Part shown: positions 11,831-26,511 of the stretch, piece by piece
How positions within the stretch are numbered: the first letter of the stretch is position 1
Layout of the letters: the number at the start of each line of letters is the position of its first letter
Origin: Octopus vulgaris
Lineage: Eukaryota
Direction of reading: 5' to 3'
DNA: 64,000 nucleotides
Assembly (NCBI GenBank): GCA_951406725.2
Contig: OX597827.1
Location: 23,746,001 to 23,810,000, forward strand
The notes under the pieces: generated by a model
What the model saw: only the letters and a program-made list of their open reading frames with translations
Database searches by the model: none
What the model was told of the DNA's origin: nothing
Translations under genes and position numbers: made by a program

Positions 11831-13629
11831 TAGTGCAGTCTGCAGGGTGCATTTGCATTTTAAATGCAATATGGATTATATAAAGTGGAAAGATAGCAAC
11901 ATCATTAGTCTGTGGGGAAAAATGCTTAGCATCATTTTGTCCACCTTTGTTTTGAGTTCAAATTCCACCAAGATGAGCTTTGCCTTTCATCCTTTCATGA
12001 TGAAAATTGCCCTGAAATTGCTGGCCTTGTACTAGAATTCTGAGTGGCTGTGTGGTAAGAAGCTTGCTTCCCAACCACTTGGTCCTGGGTTCAGTCCCAC
12101 TGCATGGCACCTTGGGCAAGTGTCTTTTACTATAGCCTCAGGCCACCAAAGCCTTGTGAGTGGATTTGGTAGACAGAATTTGAAAGAAGCCAGTCATATA
12201 TATATATATATATATACAAATTGAGATAGGGGTTGTAAATGCAACCCTCTACGGGATAACATATATCCAATATACTGCTAGTGAAGTACCCAACAAAGCT
12301 AATACATAAATGTTAATGATTGCGATGCAATCAACTCATTTACTGTATTATATGGGCAAAGGTAAAATGATTTACCACAAATTACTAATACAAGATAAGA
12401 AAATGGAGAAATACATCTAAATCAAATATCAATTACCAGATAATACTCAATCACATACTTTATTAAACCACCACATAAGAGACTGTAGGGTTAAATATAA
12501 AAAGCAGAACAAATCAGTGTACATAAAGGAATGTACATAAAAAAGTGTACATAAAAGAGTAATGTTGTATAATAAGTAGAATATATATAAAAGAGAATAT
12601 AAATACAAGTAAATATAAATTAGATCTTACAGCTGTTTCGGCCATGTAGATAAGTATGTCTCACAGTCAAATGATTGAAACGAATAAAAAAATTAAAATT
12701 AATCCAATGTTATGCACTTTATTGTGTTTTGTTATGCATGTGATCCCCAGCCCATGGAACTGGTCTGTGATGCAAAAACAGGTTAGGGACTGCAGCCTCA
12801 CAGTATTTGTCTGAGCTCTTTTAATTCTGTGTTCAAATCCCGCTAAGGTCAATATTTCCATTCGTCTTTGTGAGGGTTAAAAAGGAACCAACCAAGTACT
12901 GGGTCTGATGTAATTTGACTAACCCCTTCTACCTAAATTAGAAACAATTATTTTGATAATTATCTTCATTATCATCACCTGGGGTGTTTTTATTAACGAT
13001 ATCTTTGTGATAAGAAGAATCTTTCCTGCTTTCATAATTGCAGATAACCATTATCTGTATCATCATCATCATCAGCTTATAAACCTCATTATCATATCTT
13101 TCTCTTCCCCTCTCTCTGTCTCTCTTCCTCTATCCCTCTCATGCACACCCTTATCTTCTTTCCATCTTCCCTCCTACTTTCCTACACTGTTCGTACAACA
13201 ATACCGGGGTACACCTCGTCTCCACCTCACACCTATACATTAATACATACCCCTCATAGACATTGCCATTTATGGTAAAAATATAAAAAGCACTCAAACA
13301 TCTGAAAGAATAAAAGGAAAATGGAAATGGAAACAATGGCATGAAAATAGGGTTTAAAATATGCATTAGCATTGTTGGCCCTCACCACCACCATGCTCAG
13401 AGTTGCCCACTCACCACCACCCAACTCACAGCAATACACTTGCATAGAAACTTAATGAATAAATAAGCAGGAAGTTCTGGAATTGCTAAGAGGGTGTTGT
13501 TTGGCAGTGAGGGATATACACAATACGCACATATACAGGAATACATCAGCTTTGTGGGAGCTGCCTGTCCATCTGTCCAAGTTGCATCACACCCTCAGGA
13601 AGAGTTGAATAGTTCAGTTCTGTGAATAT

Positions 13630-13631
13630 AG

Positions 13632-13676
<45 letters not shown>

Positions 13677-13830
13677 AGGTACTGCTTAGATTAATACTAC
13701 TGCTTAGAGTACTACTACAGGTACTGCTTAAATTGATACTACTGCTTCGAGTACTACTACTACTAATAATAATAATATTACTGCTACTACTACTATTACT
13801 TCTACTACAGGTACTGCTTAGATTAGTATG
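13630..13830 (+). repeat. Degenerate (CTA)n with a repeated ctacaggtactgctta unit
   Basis: Seen directly; produces the poly-Leu ORF at 13622. Confidence 0.85.
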
Positions 13831-13979
13831 TAGTACCTATTTACAGCCAGATAGCCTGAGCAATGTAAGGATCAAATATCTAGGTGGATGAACACAAAGT
13901 TGAGTGGGTGGTGTGAACTGCTGACCTGTTGATAGGTTATCCTGCAAGCTATTATGTTTGTTAATCTATCTCTCTCTTG

Positions 13980-14010
<31 letters not shown>

Positions 14011-16842
14011 TGTTTGTCTGTACATTATGTTGTATGTAAATACAACACACGCACACATCATGCTTAGCAAGGAGAACTTCAATGATTGTGCAGATCAGTA
14101 AACTCGGAGTAATAACAGTGAGTCCTCAGTTATTTTTTTAACCGGTTCAATACTTAAACAACAGTCAGACCACTTCTAAGAATCCACAATCGCCAAAAGC
14201 AACAATGTATTGGATAACAGAGAAACTTGAAGAGGAAGATTACCACCATCCAGTATTATTATTATTATTATTTTTGTCATTATCATCATCAACATCATCA
14301 TCATCATCATTCTTGTTCTTTCATTAGCACAGTGGTGACCTTGTTCACACTGGGCCATTTAATTGACTCCCTATCAAATTGTGTAACCCCAGGCAGACAG
14401 TACTTTCTGCAGGATTTTTGCTGTTCCTAAAAGTGTTGTCTCTTCCAGGAAAAATTCCAATTGCATCAAAGTTTTTCTTTTTTAAGGATATTTGTGAACA
14501 ATGTCCCGGTCCTTGCCAAGGTTGACTTTTCCTTCCCTCCTTTTGGGATTGATAAAATAAGTACCATGAGATGTAACTGACATACCCCTCCCCTCAAAAT
14601 TGTTAACCTTGTGCTAGAATTAGAAACAAATATAATCGTATTATTATTGTTATTGTCATTATTATTATTAGTAGTAGTAGTAGTAGTTAGGCAGTGAGCT
14701 GACAGAATCGTTAGCACACTGGATGAAATGCTTAACGTTATTTCGCCTGTCGTTATGTTCTGAGTTCAAATTCCACTGAGGTTGACTTTGCCTTTCATCC
14801 TTTCAGGGTCGATAAAGTAAGTACCAATTAATCACTAGGGTCGATGCAATCGACTTATCCCCCTCCCCAAAATGGCTACCCTTGTCACAAAATTTGAAAC
14901 CATTAGTATTTTTATCATTATTATTATTTATTTATTTATTTACTTCGGATGATAGATTGTCAACATTGTCAGAGCATCAGACAAAATACTTTTGCAGCTG
15001 TTGTTATAGTTTGCACTCAAATCCTTCCAATGTCACATTCACTTGGGAGGGTGGGGTTGATATAATAATTACTAGTTGAGTCCTGGGGTCAGTTTCATCA
15101 ACTAGCACCCACTCCACTCTATTTATGTCTTAATTTTCTGTTATCTTTAGGTTTTAGGGTTACTATCGTGATATCAGTTACTGAACAAGCATGCAAAAGG
15201 ACTGATTGCTAGTGGCTACATCCATCTTGGCTTCATACCCAGAAGTCGTTACACCACAGTAGACTTCTACAGTAAACCTCTTCCTCCTTAGCAACAGAGG
15301 GAGACACTGCTGTCCTTGGTAGCAGTTACCTGCCTTAGTTAAATTGTAGAGTCAATCCATTCTTATCTTCAACACAACCTGCTCATCCAGCAGTAAACCC
15401 CCCCCCTCACCTAAAACCTCATAAATAGCATCAAACGGTCACTATGGAGATATATAGCTCTGTTGCCATGGTGACTGACTCTGTCTAGAATCAATAGATT
15501 GAAAGCTAAGTTCTACTCCATACATAATCCAGAGTAAACACTCTTTCCACTCCTCACTGAAGACAGCAGCCATTTGCCTTGGATAATAAGGGCTGCCTGA
15601 TCAATTGTGAAGGTTATGGGAAAACATCCGGTGCCTGTGGCATATAAAATGACCCCAGAGGTTGTTGGCAGGAATTGCATCAAGGGTAAAAATTTGCCAA
15701 AAACAATGACACACCCAATAAAAATTTTGGCTTTTTTTCTTTTTTTTTTTTTTTTTTTTTAAATTTCTTTGTATATAAGCGCAAAAGTTGCTGTGTGGTA
15801 AGTAGCTTGCTTCCCAACCACATGGTTCTGGGTTCAGTCCCACTGTGTGGCATCTTGGGCAAGTGTCTTCTACTATAGCCTTGGGCTCACCAAAGCCTTG
15901 AGAGTGGATTTGGTAGATGGAAACTGAAAGATGCCCATAGTATATATGTGTGTGTGTGTACGTTTGTGTGTTTGTGTATTTGTCCCCCCTAACATTGTTT
16001 GAGAACCAATGCTGGTGTGTTTATGTCCCCATAACTTAGTGGTTCAGCAAAAGAGAGACCAATAGAATAAGTATAAGTACAAATAAGTATAAGTATAAGT
16101 ACAAGTATAAGTACAAATAAGTATAAGTACAAAGTATAAGTCCTGGGGTCGATTTGCTCAATAAGGGTGGTGCTCCAGCATGGCGACAGTCAAAATGATT
16201 GAAACAGGTAAGAGAATCAAAGAAAAGGAAGAAAAAGAACATGCAAAATGCCAAAGGATTTTGGTGGATGATGGGATATTGTGGAACCATTGCTAGCATA
16301 GAAGATCAGAGAGAAGTAAATTCAAAAACTAACAAAGGTGGTGGGGATTCTTTAATCTTTTCCCATTCCACACTAATGCCAATAAAATGATAAAATACAT
16401 CCGGTCCCTGCTGCGAAGTTGGTGATAAGAACAACATTCAGCTGCAGAAATTATGCCAAAAATATAGATTGTATGAGCAAGAGGTGGACTCTGGTAGTGC
16501 GCAGGAACTTTGAATAAGAACTGATGCAAAATAGAGGAAAGCCTTTAGTCTGGCTACATTTAACAATCTCATTTGTGCCAGGGTTGTGATAAAGCAAACC
16601 CATTTCATATTCTGTCATGTTTCTGCAAAGGTGGTTGTTCTTTATTGTTGCGTGCAAAGTGATAACAGACTGCAACAAAATGACAACCCGTCCATGACAA
16701 TGTGGAAAAATTCAAGTAAAATTATGATGTGTGTGTGTGTGCGTGTGTGTAGATGTATGTGATTGTAGTAAAATGTGTTTGAGTAGATGCAAGTTTAGTT
16801 ATACAGATAAATATAATCACGTGTTGTATATATTGGTTTTAA

Positions 16843-17060
16843 AAGGCGGCAAGCTGGCAGAAACATTAGCACGCTGGGCAAAATGCTTAGCGGTATTTCG
16901 TCTGTTTTTACATTCTGAGTTCAAATTCTACCGAGGTCAACTTGGCCTTTCATCATTTCGGAGTCGATAAATTAAGTACCAGTTGCGTACTGGGGTCGAT
17001 CTAATCATCTCACCCCCTCCCCAGTAATTTCAGTCCTTGTGCCTAGAGTAGAAAAGAATA
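16843..17060 (+). mobile_element. Meta-domain tRNA SINE; representative of about 14 copies
   Basis: Head ggcggcaagctggcagaa..gagttcaaattc plus the Meta-like domain gcctttcatc(c)tttcggggtcgataaattaagtaccag; other copies near 14689, 17065(-), 24970(-), 40254, 40517, 40768, 41545(-), 55248, 61670(-). Confidence 0.85.
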
Positions 17061-18522
17061 TATTGGTTTCAAATTTTAGCACAAGGCCAGCAGATTTGGA
17101 GGTGGGCATAAGTTATGTCAATTCCTGGTACTCAACTGGTAATTATTTTAATCAACCCCAAAAGGATGAAAGCCAAAGTCGACCCCTGTGGAATTTGAAC
17201 TTAGAATGTAAACAGATGAGACACTGCTAAGCATTTCTCCCAGCATGCTAATAATTCTGCCAGCTCACCACCATTTCTGCATGATACTGGTGTATCCGTG
17301 TGTGTGTGTGTGTGTGTGTGTGTAAACTTCATGCTGGTTCTTGTTGGCAAGAACAAGTTCATGTTAAGGGTTATTGGTTAACCGGGTACATTGTGGGGGG
17401 GGGGGGAGATGGCGGTGGTGTTGTTATTGTTAGCATCACTGGACCCTTTGTCTTTCTTTCTTGTGTTTTTGTATTTGCTTTGGAGGTGAATGGGGGTGGG
17501 GCGGGGAGAGAATAAAATGTGAAAGGGACAAGGGTGGGGGCTTGTTTAAATTTCTTGTCACATGAATTCCGCCTTTATTTTACTTTGATATCTTGAATGG
17601 GACACCACCCACAACTAATACCACCACTCCATCATTGGCACTGTATCACCACCACCACACTGCTTCCAATTCCAGAGAAATGACTCAGTGTTCTCCTGTA
17701 CAAACACACTGGGGCTTCTGTTGATCACTTCTCTCCACACCTCCCACAATACACCCACCACTACCAACACTACTATCATTATCATCATCATCATAGCTAC
17801 ATTTGCTACCATTATTACCATCGTTCATTTATTTAACACTCTCACCACCACGACCACCATCATCACCATCAACACTATCTTCTTGTTTGCTAATTGTTTG
17901 TCAGTATATATGTCCTCACCTCTCTCTCTCTCTCTCTTGTTATTCCTTAACAACAATAGCCATCCCCTTTCCTGTGCAATGGGAAAGGGGGCATATTGTT
18001 ACAGACTTGCATCAAAAATGCTTAACAATGGTAACTTTCTGAAACTAAACATCACTTAATAAAAACTTACTGTGCTTTATGATGATGATGATGACCACAA
18101 TGATGATGGTTCTCATCATCATGATTAACGCAGAAGTCATCTTTATTGTATCTGAGAGTTTGAATAATGGTTATAATAACTCAGCAACTCAAGAGCTGCC
18201 CCTACACAGGGATTGCATTGTGGCTGAACCAAAGGGGTCCATTGTTGGTTTTTGGTTCTTCTGTTGTAGATCGGCTGTTCAATCAACTGGACTCCCTGCT
18301 TGTTGAATGGCATGTGAAATGGTTGAGTAATCCACAGATATCTGTGCCTTTAATATAAAATACCTCCCAGAAGTATTTTGATCCCCAAAGGATGAAAGGC
18401 AAAATTGATCTTGATAGAGTTTTGGAACAAAAAAATAAAAAGAGAAAAAATACCATACTTGTCTAACATTCAGTGATATTAATTTTAAAAATTCAATGAT
18501 GATAATAATAATAATAATAGTA

Positions 18523-19099
18523 AATGCCTTGATGCAGTACCAGACAGTGGCTATCATGGCTTCTGATCTTAACTGATTGGAAGTGTTATCATGTACATTG
18601 TTTTGTCTTGGTATAAAAGATGGGCTACAGCAAATATTCTGCTCAATACCACAGATTTGCTTGTCAGTTGTTTGACCTTAACCAGTTGAGCATGTCCCTG
18701 AGTGGCTGACGATATGTGCATCTCTGATCATGAGCAGAAGTAGTGGGGGAGCATCATAGCCATGTGTTGAGAGGGATTCTTTGGGGCTTGAATAATTCAC
18801 CTCTGGAAACACCCTTGTTTCGTTCAACATCCTTAAACAACCCTTATTCGGGGACCTTTTGAGTGGGATGGGCTACTTGACCAGAAGAAAATTCTAACTG
18901 GGCCCCACCTGCAAGGTCATGCACTGTTTATCTTTATATGAGATCACCATGTCGCACATATATGGTTGTGATGCATGTGCCTGGTGTACCCTTATCAGAC
19001 GGGCAGTCATGATAGGTATACGGGGCTTCCTATAATTTACCCCAGTGTCACTTTGATGGCATGCACTGCTCTTTCTCACTCAATAATAATAATAATAAT
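18523..19099 (+). mobile_element. ~570-bp non-coding retroposon with (AAT)n flanks
   Basis: Highly similar reverse-complement copy at 39667-40207 with the same 5' end; (AAT)n on both sides. Confidence 0.85.
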
Positions 19100-19206
19100 G
19101 AAGAGGTGGTGGCAGATGATGCTTAACACTCAAGTCAGCCCTGATCAGACAGTACTGATCGAAGTTATTCCAGCTATGACCATCCTGTCTTTTTATAAAC
19201 CAGGGT

Positions 19207-19945
19207 AGATGTGGTGTGCAAGAGAGACGACTGCGCTGGTATGGTCATGTGGCAAGAATGGATGAGGATACTGTGTGAAAAAGTGCCACACCCTAGCAGT
19301 TGAGGAAATCTGTGGAAGAGGTAGACCCAAGAAGACCTCCATCACTAGTCATTGTCTCAGTGAGGCAATGACTAGTGACCGAGACCTTTGGAAATATGCT
19401 GTGCTTGAGAAGACCTGACAAGCCAAGTGAGACCATAACCCGTGGCCTATGCCAGGGGTGTAACCAGCTCACTTATGCATACCTTTCCTTCATTGGACAC
19501 TAAACTCTGCTTGCAAAGACAAGTTGAGGCAAGTGAAATCGAAATCAAATTCAATGACTGGCATCCGTGCTAGTGGAGCAGTAAGAGCACCATCCGAGCG
19601 TGATCGTTGCCAGAGCTGCTAACTGACTTCTATGCCAGTGGCACGGGAAAAATATTCGAGCGAGGTTGTTGCCAGTGCCGCTGGACTGGCCCCTGTGCAA
19701 GTGGAACATAAAAAACACCATTTGAGTATGGCCGTTGCCAGTACCACCTGATTGACCTTTGTGCCGGTGGCATGTAAAAGCACACACTACACTCTCAGAG
19801 TGGTTGGCATTAGGAAGGGCATCCAGCTGTAGAAACTCTGCCAGATCAGATTGGAGCCTGGTGCAGCCATCTGGTTCGCCACTCCTCAGTCAAATTGTCC
19901 AACCCATGCCAGCATGGAAAGCGGATGTTAAACGATGATGATGAT
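19207..19945 (+). mobile_element. Older RTE-like LINE 3' fragment
   Basis: CGVQERRLRWYGHVARMDED followed by a frameshift, 3' UTR and (GAT)n; other 3'-end copies near 8472(-), 22872(-), 28874(-), 31108(-), 38590(-), 38938(-), 44348(-), 46618(-), 47973, 55187(-), 57440(-). Confidence 0.9.
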
Positions 19946-22900
19946 TCTGTCCATTGTGTCCTTTCCTTAAGGCATTAGGGTGAAATGAGAGGAAATTTGA
20001 TTGCTATTTTCAGCAGGTTGAGCAACTGCATAGAAGCTCTCTCACTGGTACAATATTTTGACCAGGCAAAACATTTTCCATAGCAAAAAAATTTACCTTG
20101 TTTTCGCATACGAATCCTGAACTAAACAGGATAAAATATTTAGGTCAGCTCTCCACCATCTGCACCATCACTACCATCTTCTGAAATTCCACAAAGATCA
20201 ACTAATGAAACTATGCACAATAAAAACATTCTTGACTCGGTTCTTTTGCTTCTGCTTGATGCCAATACTTTCAGAAATGTCTTTTATTTACTTTTATTGA
20301 AACTTGGAGAAAACATTAGATATTTCATATAACTGTATTTACTCCGTATTTCTTCTGAATCTACATTGCCCTTGCTTCCCCTCTTCTTGTTCAACATACC
20401 ACTGTGACCCCCCACACACACCCTTTAAAGAACCCTTTTTTTTTTTTACCTTACCATGATTCTGCTTGGGAAACTTATTTCTGGGATTCCCTCCCTGCCA
20501 GTGGTTTGCCCTTCATCAGTTCCTACAAAACTGCAGCAATCAGAACTGAACATTTAGTCATTTGAGTGATTGTAGATTCTGCAAGCTGTATCACTCATCA
20601 CTCATCTTAGTCATCAGTGAGAGGAGTCGGTAGGCTCCACTGCCACAACTGGTGAGAGAGATGTTGAGGTATGGTAACCCATAAGTGTTTAAACCAACCA
20701 CATCCAGTCCAAATATTCTACCTGTTGATGTTCAAACCAGCCAGATCCAGCCCCTCATGCCTACCCTACAATGTGATCCTAAAAATAAAATAATCACTTC
20801 AGAATCTCAAAGCTAAGAGATGAAGCCTGATTAATTCAAAACAATGTGAATAAATAAGGGTTACATTTAAAAGAGTAATCTAAATACCAAAGGGTTCTCT
20901 ATATGTGTGTATATATATTTTTAGCATTTAGATTAGCCATAGCCTCAGTCCAAATATCCTACCAGTTTTATGTTCAAACTGACCAGATCCAGTCTTTTAC
21001 GCATACCCTACATTGTCATTCTAAAAATAAACAATCACATCATCAAAATCTTGAAGCTATGAGATCATGCGTGATTCATTCAAAACAATGTGAATAAATA
21101 TGGATTACATTTGACAGAATAATGTGATTGCTAAAGGCATAAACATCCAAAGTAAAAGTTTGGCTGTGGAAGGAACCAAGAATCCACATACTTGCATTGC
21201 GTTAAACCTACCAAATGTACTCAAGGAGCAGGTAATGGCGGTGCTAAAGTAGTCGATATGTTGGACTAATTTCTAACCGTGATTCACAGCCAAATAGGGA
21301 ACTACTTGGAATTGGTTTCACTAATAATTACAAAAGTGTATGTCTGATCCACCTATAATTGGCACTCTCTTGGTTATGATGGTGAAGGTTCCAGTTGATC
21401 CAATCAACAGAACAGCCGGCTTGTGAAATTAACATGCAAGTGGCCAAGTACTCCACAGACACATGTACCCTTAACGTAGTTCTTGGGAAGATTCTGTGTA
21501 ACACAGAATGTGACAAGGCTGGCCCTTCAAATTACAGGTACAACTCATTTTTGCCAGTTGAGTGGAATGGAGCAATGTGAAATAAAGTGTCTTGCTTAAG
21601 GACACATCACACTGCAGGTATTGAACTCCTGACCTTACACTCATGAAACAAATACCCAAACCATTGAGCCATGCCTTCATTTCACCAGCCTACGTGCTGC
21701 AGATCTCCCCTCCCATCTGTTGTGCACCTGCTTTGAATAGGTGTGAACCTTGTGGTTTGGGTGCTAGTATAGTAAGTGGTTGGTTTATTGAGGCATATTG
21801 CCGTGTGTTTGTAGTGTCTAGCCACAAAATAAGTCTACCGGTTTATGTTGCTGTAATATGAACTGACGAAACGCTGTGGTCTTAGAGTGAGGGAAAGGAA
21901 GAGGTGAGAGTTGTTTGTGGTAGCGAGAGGATGAGGAAGATGTAATTAAGAACTTGTGAAATAGAATCTCAAAAGGTTGAACCTCACAGCTGAAATGATA
22001 CTGGGTTGAGGGGGGTGGCTATACTCTACTGCTGACTCATGTTGGTATGGAAATAGCTACTGTTTGATGGTGATATTGGTGAAGATTATTATTATTGTTA
22101 CAGTAGTAGGAAATGTGGGGAGGGTGGTAAATTGACAGTTTCGTTAGAATATCCGACTGAATGGTTTGTAGTATTTAGTTACAACTTGTGATTTCAAATC
22201 TTGCCAAGGTCAAATTCACTTCTCGTCCTTTTCAGCTCAATAAAATCAAGAAGCAATCAAGAAATGGGACTGGAATTGACTGTTCTCCCCCTTTAAATTT
22301 CTGGCCTTCTGCCTATGTTAGAAACATCATCATCATCATGATGCTGTACTAGCACTGCACAATTGTCCCCTGTCTCTCTCCTCCAGTTTCTTTGGAACCT
22401 ATGATGCAGTCCAGTAAGGCAATCACAGAGGATATTTTTACATGTTATAGAGAGCCTGTTGGCTTTGTTACTGTTTATATATAGGACAACCCTTATCAAG
22501 CAGACCACCTTTGATCAAAAGCTATTCCATCCATGACCACCTTCACTTTTTGCAGAAAACCTAGGACCACATTATTTTAAGACAGTAATATGTATTTCGA
22601 GAGAAATTGGGCTGCTGTTTTTTAATGTGTCAAGGGCTTGTGTAGAAGCTCCTACTTTGGCACTCTACATTATGGATAGGCCACAGCACAATGTCCCTAT
22701 AAGCTTCTTCTTGTATTTATCTTTCAAGTTACTGAGTGTAGATCAACTGGCCCCAGCCAGTTTGCTGCACAAATAAGGAATATGATAACTGCTTGTGATA
22801 TAAAAAAGAAAAAAAAACGTTTATCTGATCAAAATTATGTCATAAGTTTTGTTACTTTTGGGGGTTGTTGAAATCATCATTGTATGTCTGTTTTCCATGC

Positions 22901-24264
22901 TGACATAGGTTGGACGGTTTGATAGGAACTGGCAAAGACAGGAGCTGCACCAAGCTCCCTAGTTTGTTTTGACATGATTTCTCAAGCTGGATGCCCTTCC
23001 TTACATCAACCACTTTACAGAGTACTTTTTATATGGAACCAGCACCAGGGCTCTTTATGCATCACCTGCACCAGTGCTTCTTTACATGATGTCATCATCA
23101 GTGCTTTTTATGTGGCACCAGCAAAAAAATCTCTAAAAAGTTATGGATAATTCTGCCAACAAATTCAACAAAATTTCAACTTTCAATTCCTCTAACATCT
23201 GTTTCTTTTAATTGACTTCATTTGAGGAAAACCTCAATAATATTGATTTATTTGTCCAGTACTGTTTTACAATCCATCAATAAATAACCAAATTATAGGA
23301 TGTTGTATTTCTAGTTCTTTGTTGTGTAGTCTTTGGTGCATAACTTTGGAATGATTGTCTCCTGTGTTCTCATTGGTAAATATTCAACATTTTCCAAGGG
23401 AAAAAACTATGGTTTTGTTAATACATTAACAGGCATTGTTACATCTGTGAGAGAATGTTTCAAGTATCACCCCTGAACCAAGTTAGCTGCAGCAGTTTGT
23501 TTGTGGAAGGTTGGCTGCAGCTTATATGGTTGTAGCCAATTACCTCATTTCACAAGTTGCTGGGAAACAGTCAGCAATGGCCCTACCCCTACACACAAAC
23601 GAACACCTCTACCACCAACACCACCCAAATGGTTGTTGTTGTTGTATTCACTAATGCTTTGTACCACCACAAGAGAACCTATACATGATCACTCAAGTTG
23701 TAAGAAATAGCAGCCAAATCTCCTTCAAATCATATCCTACCACCACCACCACCACCACCACTGCCACCATTGTTATCTTTATCACACATTTGCTTATTTG
23801 CTTCTTCATGCCAACATGGAATGGATGGGTTTCTTGAGGCAGTATTTCATGGCCAGGTGTGCCACTTGTTATGACACACAGTGGCACAGTGAACCAGTCT
23901 GAAACTGGGATACACATCTTAAAGGATTCAGAGCAATGAAGTCCACTCTGTATTAAAAAGATGTAATGATCACAGCTGAAATGCTTTTGATCATTAATCT
24001 TCTGGATCAGAGCTGACCTGGGGCTAAACAACAACAGCAACATTACACCAAGACATTCAAGTGTCAAGACAATCCAGTACCCCTCCTCCCAAAACTTGTA
24101 CAGGATGTTTACATTTTCATCTCCTCCCATCCCCACTTGCCCTGCCCACATGACCTGAGTCTATTCCCACATGTCTACTGTTACCATGGATATTATCCCA
24201 AACTAACTCCAAGAAATAAGTCCAAATCCCTCCAAGTTAGGTGTGGTGGTCGTGGCAGTAACAG

Positions 24265-24535
24265 CTTAACCCCAGGTCACACTTCATCTAGCAGGTCTAT
24301 GATCAAAGGCATTCCAGCCATGGCCATGAGGTCTTTTGTTTTTTTGCTTATTGTACCTGTTATTGCTGATCGAGCAGACCAATCCTCAAAATCATTCCAT
24401 CTATGACCATCCTGTCTTTTTCGTGTTCTGAAAACCTAGGATTTCATTATTCAACTTGTTCATTCTTTCAAAACTGCAAGGTGTGATTTGAAGAATATCT
24501 AGCTGGTGTTTCTAGCAGGCTGTGTTACCACATTA
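24265..24535 (+). repeat. Old dispersed repeat family (tatgatcaaaggcattccagccatgaccatcc...gatttggctgctatttctagc)
   Basis: Diverged copies near 19130/19950, 22490, 23670(-), 27590, 33945(-), 35905(-), 36395, 39360(-), 45700, 54365. Confidence 0.65.
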
Positions 24536-24931
24536 GCTGGTCAACATCTTTGGTGCATAAGAAGCAATGCAGCCGAGCGGCTGCCTTGCCTCAGACTGTT
24601 CTTTTTATGGACATATCAAGGTGGGAATGTTACCAAAGACAGTTGGAACGGAATACACTGAGCAGGAATTTGGGAGGCGAGGGTGGGGACAGGGTTTATT
24701 CGGTTTACTGCTAAATATTAGGGAGTTGGCTCCCTAACAGTCCCTAGCTTCATTGCAAGTAACGTGATCTGCAGTATTGTAGAACATTCCTGAAATAACT
24801 TGAAATATATTGCTGCTGTAATGTCATCTACATCATCATCATCACTTGTGTATACCCTCTATACACACACACACGCATTATAGACATATATATATATATA
24901 TACATACATATATATATATGTTAAATGAAGA

Positions 24932-24971
<40 letters not shown>

Positions 24972-25204
24972 CCATTTCTTTACTACCCACAAGGGGCTAA
25001 ACACAGAGGGGACAAACAAGGTCAGACAAATGGATTAAGTCGATTACATCGACCCCAGTGTGTAACTGGTACTTAATTTATCGACCCCGAAAGGATGAAA
25101 GGCAAAGTCGACCTTGGCAGAATTTGAACTCAGAACGTAAAGACAGACGATATACTGCTAAGCATTTTGCTCGGCATGCTAACGTTTCTGCCAGCTCACC
25201 GCCG

Positions 25205-25280
<76 letters not shown>

Positions 25281-25768
25281 CCCTGTCATCAACATCATCA
25301 TTAACAACGCATGTATGTACTCCCTCTACACATGTACATGTTTTATACCTTCTGTCGTCATCATGAACATCATCACCAATCTTGTCATCATCTATTGCTG
25401 CTGTTCAAACATTGGTCTCTCTCTCTCTCTCCACATCCCACGCTTTGCAGCCAGTGGTGTCTGGGTCATAATGCTCCATGTAGATGTGTAACTCCAGGAT
25501 TTCCACTCAATCCTTCTTTCTCTTTCACTGATTATCTACGCAGTTTACAGACATATGTTGCTATTCTACATACACACAATCACATGTAGATATGCACTAA
25601 TCTATGCACATACATTTTAACACATACATTCACTGTCCAACACACAAACACACACATTACAGTCTCAGAAATGAAGAAAAATCTGAAGAATTTAGCTGGG
25701 CTTGATTTCCTGATCATTGAATAGCAATGGCGGTGGAGTGGAGTTACTATGAACTTGAGTGTGTAAGG

Positions 25769-25815
<47 letters not shown>

Positions 25816-26458
25816 TATATATACAGATATATACGCACACCTCATAGACAGAATATAAGCTGGCAGTACAGTGTGTATGTATGCATGCATAATATATACA
25901 CACATACACACACATGCATGTGACATTGCTAGTTTTAAGGGTATTGCGAAAAGCTTGATTGATGGTCCAACCTTCCAAGTTCTTTTACAGGGCTTAGAAA
26001 ACCCAAAGGGCCGCAGCAATATGTGTGTGAATCTGAGAAGGGAATGTGTTGAGTAAAATCATAATTAACTGAGCCTCTGGTATTTTCTTTTACCCAAAGC
26101 CAGGAACTTTTCTGCATCCTTTCATGTATGTATGTATATATATATATATATAATGTGTGTGTGTGTGGAGGCGCAATGGCTCAGTGGTTAGGGCAGTGGA
26201 CTTGCGGTCATAGGATCACGGTTTTGAATCCCAGACCAGGCGTTGTGAGTGTTTATTGAGCGAAAACACCTAAAGCTCCATGAGACTCCACCAGGGGTGG
26301 TGGGGCGATCCCTGCTGTACACTTTCACTCTTTCTTCTGTTGGCTTGCTTGCTTAACCAGTGGGGTGGCGTCATTTCAAGGTTAAAACAATGCGAAGCGC
26401 ATTGTGACCAGCGATGTGTAGCAACATCTCATAGCCTGGTCGGTCACGAGATCACTGG

Positions 26459-26491
<33 letters not shown>

Positions 26492-26511
26492 CACACACAC
26501 TTGTATATATG

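Noticed and set aside
16067-16140. AAGTAT/AAGTAC short tandem array
   Set aside because: Slippage expansion of the aataagtac motif inside a CORE SINE copy.
21864-21876. CTGACGAAACG resembling a hammerhead core
   Set aside because: No helix II between the boxes; probably chance.
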